From an uncultured virus (IMG/VR IMGVR_UViG_3300027582_000004) (lineage: Duplodnaviria; Heunggongvirae; Uroviricota; Caudoviricetes): a stretch of 58,680 bases of DNA. Under the pieces are notes generated by a model. That model was not told where the DNA came from. It did not search any database and saw nothing but the letters and a program-made list of their open reading frames with translations. The first letter of the stretch is position 1. Each line of letters begins with the position of its first letter. Below are positions 9,131 through 17,176 of this stretch, piece by piece. The position numbers and the translations under genes are program-made. Location: IMG/VR virus record IMGVR_UViG_3300027582_000004. One strand, 5' to 3'.

Positions 9131-9609
9131 ACTGGCAAACATCATATACTATAAATGATGATTTAAAAGAAAAAATATCTAATATATGCAATAAAAAATT
9201 AGAAGGTGAGCCAGACGATCAAGAAGTATGGCATAGAACATCTCATATAACTTTAAATTCCTACACGTGGTCCTTTTATAAAGCAGAGGGGCTTAACGAA
9301 GTTAAGGAACAACTTAAAATAATTACAGGCTTAGATACAATATATGAGCATGGATATACATGTATATGGAGATACAACCAAGAGTTTCCAAAGTGTCCAA
9401 TACATATAGATCATGAAGCTCAACATAAAGGATCTCTTTGTATATCTTTGTCTGGGTACCATAATATATTTTTACATGATATAAAAACAAAAGAAAAACT
9501 AGAAAAGATTACTGTGAAAGATAATAGTATTATGTTTATAAACAACTCAAAGTATTATCATAGCGTAGAAGGTAACGGCGATCTGTGGATACTAGGAGTA
9601 AAGAAGTGA
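9127..9609 (+). CDS. putative cupin/2OG oxygenase
   Basis: PIHID...FINNSKYYHSVEG. Confidence 0.5.
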   Translation: MNWQTSYTINDDLKEKISNICNKKLEGEPDDQEVWHRTSHITLNSYTWSFYKAEGLNEVKEQLKIITGLDTIYEHGYTCIWRYNQEFPKCPIHIDHEAQHKGSLCISLSGYHNIFLHDIKTKEKLEKITVKDNSIMFINNSKYYHSVEGNGDLWILGVKK

Positions 9610-10160
9610 GAATAGTTCCGTATATAAAAGATTCAAAGCCTACTTATGAGGAACCAGATCAATGCCATGATGCCTTTCTGCAACTACAGGTAGAGAAAGA
9701 CACTGATAGATTATCAGACAACTATTCTTATAAAAATTTAAACTTAGATAGAATGGTAATGTTTAACTTTGTATTTGATGGAAACAATCCAGTTTTATGT
9801 TCAGGTTGCGAGACCATATATCCTGGTGTTGTAAGAGTTATGTCTAGGTATTACCATTATAAAAATTATAGAACAGATGGTACGTCTATGTTTGAGAAGG
9901 TGGATAACTTTAAAGAGCTAAATTACTGTGTCGACAACCTTGATGCTCCTCTTATAATTTGGACACGTGAATTCAGTAAAGGTTTCTTTACTAAACTCAA
10001 AAGAGCACGCCCTGATATATTTGAAGATTGGCAAGTGTATCCAGATAAACTACAGATAGGAAGCCCACCTTTAAAGAAAGCAAATAATCTACAGTATGTA
10101 TTTTATAAAGGCGATATTAACTATCTACGCAACCCACAATATGAAGACGGTACTCCATAG
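9606..10160 (+). CDS. hypothetical protein, possibly GNAT-like fold
   Basis: GTGA overlap with the upstream stop; VVRVMSRYY and LIIWTRE weakly suggest an acyltransferase fold. Confidence 0.4.
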   Translation: MRIVPYIKDSKPTYEEPDQCHDAFLQLQVEKDTDRLSDNYSYKNLNLDRMVMFNFVFDGNNPVLCSGCETIYPGVVRVMSRYYHYKNYRTDGTSMFEKVDNFKELNYCVDNLDAPLIIWTREFSKGFFTKLKRARPDIFEDWQVYPDKLQIGSPPLKKANNLQYVFYKGDINYLRNPQYEDGTP

Positions 10161-10554
10161 AAGCATTTACAAATGTATGTTTCTTTCTGGTGTCGACTAG
10201 ATAGTGAGAACCATCTGCCGGATACCTGCTCACAACATCATCTATAACAAAAAAGTTATTCTCGTTAGTAAGTAATGGTATATGCATTCTTTGAGTAGGG
10301 TCACGGTGATATGTGTAGCATGACTTAGGTGCTAACTTCATAAGCCTCGATCTATACATTCCTAATGAATCTAATACAGAATTGGTATATGGCAGATCAT
10401 ATGCATATACATTAAAATCTTGTTCTGTATTAACAAGTTTAGTCAGACGACCTTCCCCACCAACATTATCTTTTGTAACCTGTAAGGACAATTGTTCTTC
10501 ATACTCAGGTAAGCCCTGTAGTTCTAATAGTATATGTTCTATGTCTATGCGCAT
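10117..10554 (-). CDS. Asp/Asn beta-hydroxylase-like Fe(II)/2OG oxygenase
   Basis: RSRLMKLAPKSCYTYHRD...RMHIPL...HTFVN...RLHIV; likely start MRIDIEH. Confidence 0.75.
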   Translation of the reverse strand: MRIDIEHILLELQGLPEYEEQLSLQVTKDNVGGEGRLTKLVNTEQDFNVYAYDLPYTNSVLDSLGMYRSRLMKLAPKSCYTYHRDPTQRMHIPLLTNENNFFVIDDVVSRYPADGSHYLVDTRKKHTFVNASMEYRLHIVGCVDS

Positions 10555-10967
10555 ACTGTTAATTCTTTCACATTGTATTCTTGAATAAGAACCCATTCGA
10601 TAACATCTATCACATAATCTAAAGGCATCTTTTCAACATCTTTATGTGCTGATCTTTCAGTATCAAAGTAACCAAAGTTCAGACACGTTGTTTTCTTACC
10701 AGCTATGAACAACTGGTTATTAGCTTCTCGCAAGGCTCTTTTCTCTACAGCATATTTGTGTAGATATGTAAAATCACTTGCGTGAGATCCTATGTTAATG
10801 ATACGTTTATTAAGAGCTGCTGCTTTGTATAGCATATCTACTTGTTCAAAGCCATCATGTTTACAATTAATGAATATATCGCATTCTTCTAATGTAGATA
10901 CAGTATCATATTTTTGTTTTAATGCTTCACCTAGACCTCGTCTAGTACCAGTAATATAAAATTTCAT
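10545..10967 (-). CDS. minimal short-chain dehydrogenase/reductase
   Basis: ITGTRRGLG, IINIGS, YAVEK (YxxxK). Confidence 0.75.
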   Translation of the reverse strand: MKFYITGTRRGLGEALKQKYDTVSTLEECDIFINCKHDGFEQVDMLYKAAALNKRIINIGSHASDFTYLHKYAVEKRALREANNQLFIAGKKTTCLNFGYFDTERSAHKDVEKMPLDYVIDVIEWVLIQEYNVKELTVCA

Positions 10968-10978
10968 CTTCGCCTCAT

Positions 10979-10996
10979 TGTAACATATTTGTTACA
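10979..10996. promoter_or_regulatory. palindromic TGTAACA-N4-TGTTACA box between divergent units
   Basis: tgtaacatatttgttaca. Confidence 0.55.
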
Positions 10997-11022
10997 CATT
11001 TGTATTATTATCAAATAAACAC

Positions 11023-11051
11023 TTTACAACCATATTTAGTTGTGTTATACT
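11023..11051 (+). promoter_or_regulatory. early promoter
   Basis: TTTACA-N17-TATACT with TG extension. Confidence 0.8.
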
Positions 11052-11078
11052 ACTTATATCAAATAACGGAGATACATT

Positions 11079-11258
11079 ATGATTAAAGTAAATGATATTC
11101 AAGACGCTCTATTAGTAGAGGATCTTATTCAAGGTGTGATCAGACGAGCTGATGGCTGTTCTAAAGAGCACGTGTTAATCGAGCTTGATATGATTTGTAC
11201 TACTCTTCAAAAAAATGTAACTCGCATGGAAAGCGAAATGGAAAAGGAAGCTGTATAA
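11079..11258 (+). CDS. early hypothetical protein, 59 aa
   Basis: SD GGAG, MIKVNDIQDALL...EKEAV*, TAATG-coupled to the next gene; below ORF-track cutoff. Confidence 0.7.
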   Translation: MIKVNDIQDALLVEDLIQGVIRRADGCSKEHVLIELDMICTTLQKNVTRMESEMEKEAV

Positions 11259-11653
11259 TGTATACTTACACAACTGATTTATTTTCTGATCTTCATAAAG
11301 ATGTTTATGGATATCGTCCTCGTGGTGAAGCTATGGATGAGTGGAACTCTCGTACTCCTCGCCAGAAGAATGAGCTATATAATGCTCTTTGTGATGAGCT
11401 TGAAGCAGTTACTCAAGATGATGAGCGGCGTGCTGCTCGTAATGTGTTTGAGTTCACTGGTGAAATACTTGATATGATTGAGCTAGGTGCTAAAGACAGA
11501 GAAACTGCTCTGCGCTGGATGACTCAAGAGGATAAGTTTTATTCTGAGCAATGTGTATCTCACTGGGTCTGGTCTCGTGGCATCTTGTTTACTGACTATG
11601 GTAAGCAGTTGGTTAAAGACCTTATGAACATTGTCGAGATAAAAGCAAATTAA
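11258..11653 (+). CDS. hypothetical phage protein
   Basis: Likely start MYTYTTDLFSDLHKDVYGYRPRG. Confidence 0.75.
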   Translation: MYTYTTDLFSDLHKDVYGYRPRGEAMDEWNSRTPRQKNELYNALCDELEAVTQDDERRAARNVFEFTGEILDMIELGAKDRETALRWMTQEDKFYSEQCVSHWVWSRGILFTDYGKQLVKDLMNIVEIKAN

Positions 11654-11676
11654 TTGAAAAAAAATCAAATTAGTTG

Positions 11677-11705
11677 TTTACATCTGTAATTGGATGTGTT
11701 ATACT
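11677..11705 (+). promoter_or_regulatory. early promoter
   Basis: TTTACA-tctgtaattggatgtgt-TATACT; spacer identical to that at 48013. Confidence 0.85.
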
Positions 11706-11741
11706 AATTTTAGAAACAAAAAATGGAATGGAGATTATATA

Positions 11742-12716
11742 ATGGCACATGAAGTAGAAATGATTGATGGTGTGGCTCAAATGGCTTTTGTTGGTGATAC
11801 ACCTTGGCATGGTCTTGGTACTCAAGTTCATAATGACTTGAGCCCTTTGCAGATGATGCAGAAAGCTGGTCTTGATTGGAACGTCAAGAAAGTAGATGCT
11901 TTTATCAATGTAGGTGATGAGCAAATCAAAACAGGACAACAAGCACTTGTTCGTTCTTCTGATAACTCAATTTTAACAAATGTAGGCAAAGGTTGGAATC
12001 CTGTTCAGAATGAGCAAGCATTTGAATTCTTTGCAGAATATGTGGCAGCTGGAGATATGGAAATGCATACAGCTGGTTCACTCAAGGGTGGTCAGCAAGT
12101 CTGGGCTCTTGCAAAGATAAAGGAATCTTTTGATGTATTTGGCGATGATACTGTTGAGTCTTATTTACTTTTTTCTAATCCCCATCAGTATGGCAAATCT
12201 ATTAATGTTAGGTTTACTCCTGTACGGGTTGTATGTAATAACACCCTCACAATGAGCCTAGAAAGCAAAGCTGATCGTGCTGTTGCTGTAGGTCACCGAA
12301 CAGAATTTAATCCTGATATGGTTAAAGAGCAACTAGGCATTGCACATGAGAAGTTTGCCAAGTATAAAGAAATGGCTCAGTTCCTTGGATCACGTAAGTT
12401 TAAAGTTGAAGATTTGTTGAACTACTATAACAATGTGTTCCCTCATACTCACACACCTAATAAGGTTTCTGAAGTAAAAGCTAAAGAGGAAATGTCTCGT
12501 ACAGCTCAGTTATGTTTAGATAACTTAGAAACACAACCTGGAGCACAGTATGGTGAAGGCTCATGGTGGCAGGCATTTAATTCTGTTACTTATGTTACAG
12601 ATCACTTACAGGGTCGCAATGCAGAGAATAGATTGCACAGCCAGTGGTTTGGACAGAACCAGCTTCGTAAAGTAAAAGCAGCAGAGCAAGCAGTCAAGTT
12701 TGCTCTGGCTGCCTAA
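11742..12716 (+). CDS. DUF932-family phage/plasmid protein
   Basis: PWHGLG, AGLDWNV, HTAGSLKGG, TPVRVVCNNTL; SD GGAG before MAHEVE. Confidence 0.85.
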   Translation: MAHEVEMIDGVAQMAFVGDTPWHGLGTQVHNDLSPLQMMQKAGLDWNVKKVDAFINVGDEQIKTGQQALVRSSDNSILTNVGKGWNPVQNEQAFEFFAEYVAAGDMEMHTAGSLKGGQQVWALAKIKESFDVFGDDTVESYLLFSNPHQYGKSINVRFTPVRVVCNNTLTMSLESKADRAVAVGHRTEFNPDMVKEQLGIAHEKFAKYKEMAQFLGSRKFKVEDLLNYYNNVFPHTHTPNKVSEVKAKEEMSRTAQLCLDNLETQPGAQYGEGSWWQAFNSVTYVTDHLQGRNAENRLHSQWFGQNQLRKVKAAEQAVKFALAA

Positions 12717-12727
12717 GGAGATATATC

Positions 12728-12910
12728 ATGCAACTTGTAAATGATAATAATGATGCTGAGTTAGTTGCCGTTAAAGCAACTAACGACGATGCAGTCACCA
12801 TTGGAAAAATGGTTGATAACATGAATAGGTCTCTAAAAGATGATGGATATGCCTATAGGTATATTACTGATCTTATTGGTGATAGGATTTATATCCGACA
12901 ACTCGTATAA
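12728..12910 (+). CDS. hypothetical protein
   Basis: SD AAGGAG. Confidence 0.65.
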   Translation: MQLVNDNNDAELVAVKATNDDAVTIGKMVDNMNRSLKDDGYAYRYITDLIGDRIYIRQLV

Positions 12911-12932
12911 TATTAACTTTCTCCCTTAACTG

Positions 12933-12957
12933 AGCCACCTTCGGGTGGCTTTTTTTT
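12933..12957 (+). terminator. Rho-independent terminator (UUCG loop)
   Basis: agccacc-ttcg-ggtggct followed by a T run. Confidence 0.9.
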
Positions 12958-12959
12958 AT

Positions 12960-12967
12960 TATAAATA
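12960..12967 (+). promoter_or_regulatory. late promoter
   Basis: TATAAATA upstream of 12994. Confidence 0.75.
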
Positions 12968-12993
12968 CTAGCAAATAATATCTGGAAAAGAGT

Positions 12994-13959
12994 ATGAAAA
13001 CATTTAAAGGGTTTATAACAGAAATGGCTTCTTTATCTCCAAAAGAAATGGTAAAATACAAATGGCGTATTGAGGTATTTCTTCGCAAGTATAAATCAAA
13101 GGATAAGAAAGAACGCACATTTGAATTAGCAAAAGGTAGTAGTAAAGTTACCTTTAAATATGAGCCAAAGGTAGCTGCAGTTGTAGCTAAAGGGAATCAA
13201 GCTACACTCAGAGATGTTCGTCTAACCGGTGATGATGGTAAAACGTATAGAATTAGTGCACTCGGAAAAACTGCAGAGTTTGGTGGTAAGGGTGCTGGAT
13301 CCGGTACAGCTAAAGAAGATGCTGAACTTGCAAGCTTGCGTAAACAATTAAATGATATTCGTACTAAAACAGCTATGGGTTATGTTCCTATAAAAGTTGG
13401 TAAAAAGATTTATAATGTTGCAGCTACTGAGACAACACCTGGTGTACCAAAGTCTGACTTCCATTTAATTGATGTTGATGGTAAAGAATGTGTTTGGATT
13501 TCTCATAAAGATGGTAAAGGTCCAAAAGACTTCCAACAATGGGGCGGTATCTCAAAGAGATCAGAACCTACAATTCACAATCATAAAGAAGTACAAGCAT
13601 TTATTAATGATTTAAAAACACAATATCCAGATGGCTTACCACGTGCCACTTCTTTATATCGCAAGATTAAAGATAAGAAATTAAAAAATCTAAGTGTATA
13701 TGGTAACCAATATGGTAGAGCACTAGGGCGACAGAATACTTCTATCCTTATTCAAGGACCAGTAAAGCTGGTTAAGAAAGGTAGAGCATACGAATTCCAA
13801 TCTAACCATATCCATTATAACGGAGATAAGGTTGACGATTTAGGATTTGAGCCTGTGTTATCAGCTATCTATAAAGGTGATCGTAGTGATGCTGGAGTAA
13901 AAGGTACTAGAATAGTAATCATGCCAATTCAAGGCAGAAAATTTAAAGGAACAGTTTAA
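12994..13959 (+). CDS. putative PD-(D/E)XK-like nuclease with capsid-targeting N-terminus
   Basis: MKTFKGFITE; E...PKSDF...WISHK resembles a restriction-endonuclease core. Confidence 0.55.
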   Translation: MKTFKGFITEMASLSPKEMVKYKWRIEVFLRKYKSKDKKERTFELAKGSSKVTFKYEPKVAAVVAKGNQATLRDVRLTGDDGKTYRISALGKTAEFGGKGAGSGTAKEDAELASLRKQLNDIRTKTAMGYVPIKVGKKIYNVAATETTPGVPKSDFHLIDVDGKECVWISHKDGKGPKDFQQWGGISKRSEPTIHNHKEVQAFINDLKTQYPDGLPRATSLYRKIKDKKLKNLSVYGNQYGRALGRQNTSILIQGPVKLVKKGRAYEFQSNHIHYNGDKVDDLGFEPVLSAIYKGDRSDAGVKGTRIVIMPIQGRKFKGTV

Positions 13960-14180
13960 TGGCTTGGGTAGCAATAACAAATAATACAGGTTGGCAATAC
14001 AATAACGCACCAGCAGATCCTGGTGTAGGTAGCCCTCTTCGACCACTGTGGCAAAAACAAACTAATGGTATTAGACAATTTAAAAATGGTACAGAAGTAT
14101 ATGTTGAGGTTCGTAAAGTAGGCGATACTAATAGAACCAGAGGTGAGATGAGCAAATCTTTTTGGGATAGCCGAACTTAA
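13959..14180 (+). CDS. hypothetical protein
   Basis: TAATG coupling. Confidence 0.65.
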   Translation: MAWVAITNNTGWQYNNAPADPGVGSPLRPLWQKQTNGIRQFKNGTEVYVEVRKVGDTNRTRGEMSKSFWDSRT

Positions 14181-14183
14181 CAC

Positions 14184-14212
14184 TTTACTTATTAAAACAA
14201 ATATGGTATAAT
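14184..14212 (+). promoter_or_regulatory. sigma70-type promoter, probably producing a leaderless mRNA
   Basis: TTTACT-N17-TATAAT with ATG 7 nt downstream. Confidence 0.7.
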
Positions 14213-14218
14213 CCAAGT

Positions 14219-15445
14219 ATGATAACATTTAAAGAAACACTTACTGAGCAAAAGAATACTCACATGACACACATCGAGGATAAGGTTCTCTATGGTGGTG
14301 TTAAGGGTACTCGTGAAGCTATCTTCGCCCTAAGAGATATGCGAGATATGCTAGGTGGTAAACACGCTGGTAGTGTATCAGTAAAATGGGATGGAGCACC
14401 TGCTATCTTTGCTGGTACAGATCCCCGTGATGGTAAATTCTTTGTTGCTAAGAAAGGTATCTTTAATAAGAACCCTAAGGTATACAAAACTAAAGCTGAT
14501 GTAGATGAAGACACAAGTGGAGACCTAGCTGTTAAGCTCAAAGAGGCTCTTAGATATTTGCCTGCATTAGGTATTAAAGGTATTGTACAGGGCGACTTTT
14601 TGTTTAGCTCTGGAGATGTAAAGAAGGAAAAAATTAATCGTGAAGCGTATCTCACTTTCCATCCTAATACTATTGTTTATGCTGTCCCTGTGGCAAGTGA
14701 ATCAGCAAAAGCCATTAAAGCAGCCAAAATTGGTGTCGTATGGCATACCACATATACAGGTAACGACTTTGCCTCCCTTAAAGCTAGTTACGGAGTCAAC
14801 GTGTCTGCTTTCAAGTCTACAAAGAATGTCTGGTCACAAGACGCCATGCTAAGAGATATGACAAAGTTTACTATGTCAAAGAAGGAAACAGATGAAGTTA
14901 ATAAGTACCTCAGTGAGTGCGGTAAGCTATTCAACCAAATCTCCAGTAGCACACTCAAAGAACTTGAATCAAAGCAAGACCTTGCACAACTCATCGAACA
15001 GTTCAACAATAAGTATGTTAGAAAAGGACAGATTGTCAAGGATACATCACGGCATACTGCCATGCTTATACGTTGGATCAAACTTAGGTTTGGTAAAGAA
15101 ATTAACAAAAGAAAATCGGAGAGAGGTAAAACCACTCAACGAGATAAGTTAAGTGCGACACTTGAATTCTTTTCAGATAAGAATAAAGCAAATCTAATAA
15201 AAATGTTTGAATTACAAAAGTTAATGGTACTTGCTAAATTAAAACTTATAAATAGACTTAACCAGTTGAGTATGACTAAGGCTTTTGTTAAAACTAAAAA
15301 CGGATTTAAAACCGTTGGTGCAGAAGGCTATGTTGCAATCGACAAACTTGGTGGTGATGCAGTGAAAATCGTTGATCGTATGGAGTTTTCATACAACAAC
15401 TTTTCACCCAATGTTGTTAAAGGATGGGAAAAGGCAGGTAAATAA
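14219..15445 (+). CDS. DUF6267-like protein, putative ATP-dependent ligase/nucleotidyltransferase fold
   Basis: MITFKETLTE, HMTHIED, SVKWDG (KxDG), QGDFLF, EGYV, AVKIVDR. Confidence 0.6.
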   Translation: MITFKETLTEQKNTHMTHIEDKVLYGGVKGTREAIFALRDMRDMLGGKHAGSVSVKWDGAPAIFAGTDPRDGKFFVAKKGIFNKNPKVYKTKADVDEDTSGDLAVKLKEALRYLPALGIKGIVQGDFLFSSGDVKKEKINREAYLTFHPNTIVYAVPVASESAKAIKAAKIGVVWHTTYTGNDFASLKASYGVNVSAFKSTKNVWSQDAMLRDMTKFTMSKKETDEVNKYLSECGKLFNQISSSTLKELESKQDLAQLIEQFNNKYVRKGQIVKDTSRHTAMLIRWIKLRFGKEINKRKSERGKTTQRDKLSATLEFFSDKNKANLIKMFELQKLMVLAKLKLINRLNQLSMTKAFVKTKNGFKTVGAEGYVAIDKLGGDAVKIVDRMEFSYNNFSPNVVKGWEKAGK

Positions 15446-15808
15446 ATGAAGAATTTTAAGACATTCTTAGAAGAAGGCTCAGGCGTTGACGAAGCGCTAT
15501 CTATTATGCAGCGAAGAAAAAAGGCTATTAGTCTTCGCAAGAACAAAGCTAAGTTAGCTATTGGTCGCAAAAAAGCCGCAAATAAAATAGCAAGTCACGG
15601 CGTGTTAAAGAAGCGTGCTCAAAGAGCAGCAAGAAACCAGATGGTTCGTAAGATTACTAAGGGTATTGGAAAAGGTGATCTAACTAATGCTCGTAAAGCC
15701 GAAATGGAAAAACGCTTAGATAAGATGAAACCACGTATTAATCGAATAGCAAAAAGATTAATTAAAGATGTTCGCAAAAAAGAAATCGCAAGGAAACGTG
15801 GTAAATAA
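15446..15808 (+). CDS. basic internal-head-like protein
   Basis: MKNFKTFLEE; very K/R rich; TATAAATA at 15247. Confidence 0.6.
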   Translation: MKNFKTFLEEGSGVDEALSIMQRRKKAISLRKNKAKLAIGRKKAANKIASHGVLKKRAQRAARNQMVRKITKGIGKGDLTNARKAEMEKRLDKMKPRINRIAKRLIKDVRKKEIARKRGK

Positions 15809-16938
15809 TGAGCGTCCCAAGTTTTAGTCAGTATCTAGTTGAAGAGGAAAGGTCCGTTTACTTTACGTTCGGACGAATGAATCCTCCTACGATTGGTCAT
15901 GAAAAGTTATTGAATTCACTAGCAGCTAAAGCTGGAAGAAATCCATATCGTGTATACCTATCACAATCTCAAGACAAGTCAAAGAATCCTCTAATGTATA
16001 TGGATAAGATTAAGATTGCAAGGAAGATGTTTCCTAAACATGCAAGACAAATTCTTATTAATAAGAAAGTTAAGTCTGCCATGGATGTGGCAGTTGCTTT
16101 ATATAATGAAGGCTTTAAACAGCTTGTTATGGTTGTTGGTTCAGATCGTATACGTGAGTTTGATATTCTATTAAATAAATATAATGGTAGTAAAGCTCGT
16201 CACGGGTTCTATAACTTTGAGAAAATTACAGTATTATCCGCTGGAGAAAGAGACCCTGATGCTGAGGGTGTCTCTGGTATGTCTGCATCTAAGATGAGAG
16301 CTGCAGCTAAAGCAAATGACTTTACTTCATTTGGTCAAGGTTTACCTAGAGCTATATCTAACAGTGATGCTAAGAAACTATTTAATAGCATTAGAACTGG
16401 TATGAATATTAAGGAAGAAGCATCATTTAAAAATCATGTTGAACTTGCTTCAGTATCAAAAGAGCGTGAAGCCTTTGTTGCTGGTGAGTTATTCAGAGAA
16501 GGTGATGAGGTTATTATTAAGAAAACTGATGAAGTTGGTACTATTACAATGTTAGGTGCTAACTATGTAATCGTAGAGACAGCTGATCGTAAGACACGTC
16601 AATGGTTAGATTCAGTAGAAAAGATTGTCGAAGAAGCTAAGTATGACTATGGTACAGATGCTTCAGTAAAATATATTAAGAAAACTACACCTGGCCAAAA
16701 TGAAAAGAAGAATGCAGAAGATCCTGATATTGGTGATCGCAAAGGTTCTCAGCCAGTCAATTATCATAAAGGGCTCAAGAAGTCAACTAAGGTTGCACGT
16801 GATGCTCACTTTAAAAAGAATGCTAAGAAAGCTGATGATGATAAAAGTGCTTACACACCGGCACCTGGTGATAAAAAAGCTAAAACTAAGCCTAGTAAGT
16901 ATACAAAAAGATTTAAGCAAATGTTCGGAGATGATTAA
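15808..16938 (+). CDS. HIGH-family nucleotidyltransferase (cytidylyl/adenylyltransferase-like) with C-terminal extension
   Basis: FGRMNPPTIGH, VVGSDR, SAGERDPDA, MSASKMR. Confidence 0.8.
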   Translation: MSVPSFSQYLVEEERSVYFTFGRMNPPTIGHEKLLNSLAAKAGRNPYRVYLSQSQDKSKNPLMYMDKIKIARKMFPKHARQILINKKVKSAMDVAVALYNEGFKQLVMVVGSDRIREFDILLNKYNGSKARHGFYNFEKITVLSAGERDPDAEGVSGMSASKMRAAAKANDFTSFGQGLPRAISNSDAKKLFNSIRTGMNIKEEASFKNHVELASVSKEREAFVAGELFREGDEVIIKKTDEVGTITMLGANYVIVETADRKTRQWLDSVEKIVEEAKYDYGTDASVKYIKKTTPGQNEKKNAEDPDIGDRKGSQPVNYHKGLKKSTKVARDAHFKKNAKKADDDKSAYTPAPGDKKAKTKPSKYTKRFKQMFGDD

Positions 16939-17174
16939 TGTTAAAATTTAGCCAATATATTAGTGAAGATGCTGGCAAGTCTCTTGCGGACAAAGCTGCA
17001 AAGTCTGGATACAGTGTAGGCAAACTTAAAAAGATTTATAATAGAGGCGTAGCTGCTTGGAAAACTGGCCATCGTCCTGGGACCACTCCTCAACAATGGG
17101 GTCATGCAAGAGTAAATGCATATATTGTTAAAAAGAAATCAGGTAAAAAACTTAATCACGATACGGATTTATAA
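16938..17174 (+). CDS. small internal-head-like protein
   Basis: MLKFSQYISE; YNRGVAAWKTGHRPG...WGHARVN. Confidence 0.65.
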   Translation: MLKFSQYISEDAGKSLADKAAKSGYSVGKLKKIYNRGVAAWKTGHRPGTTPQQWGHARVNAYIVKKKSGKKLNHDTDL

Positions 17175-17176
17175 AA

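Noticed and set aside
14290..15135. Minus-strand ORFs inside the DUF6267-like gene (similar cases at 18952-19596, 29736-30326, 54711-55238)
   Set aside because: Antisense to well-supported genes, with no independent signals
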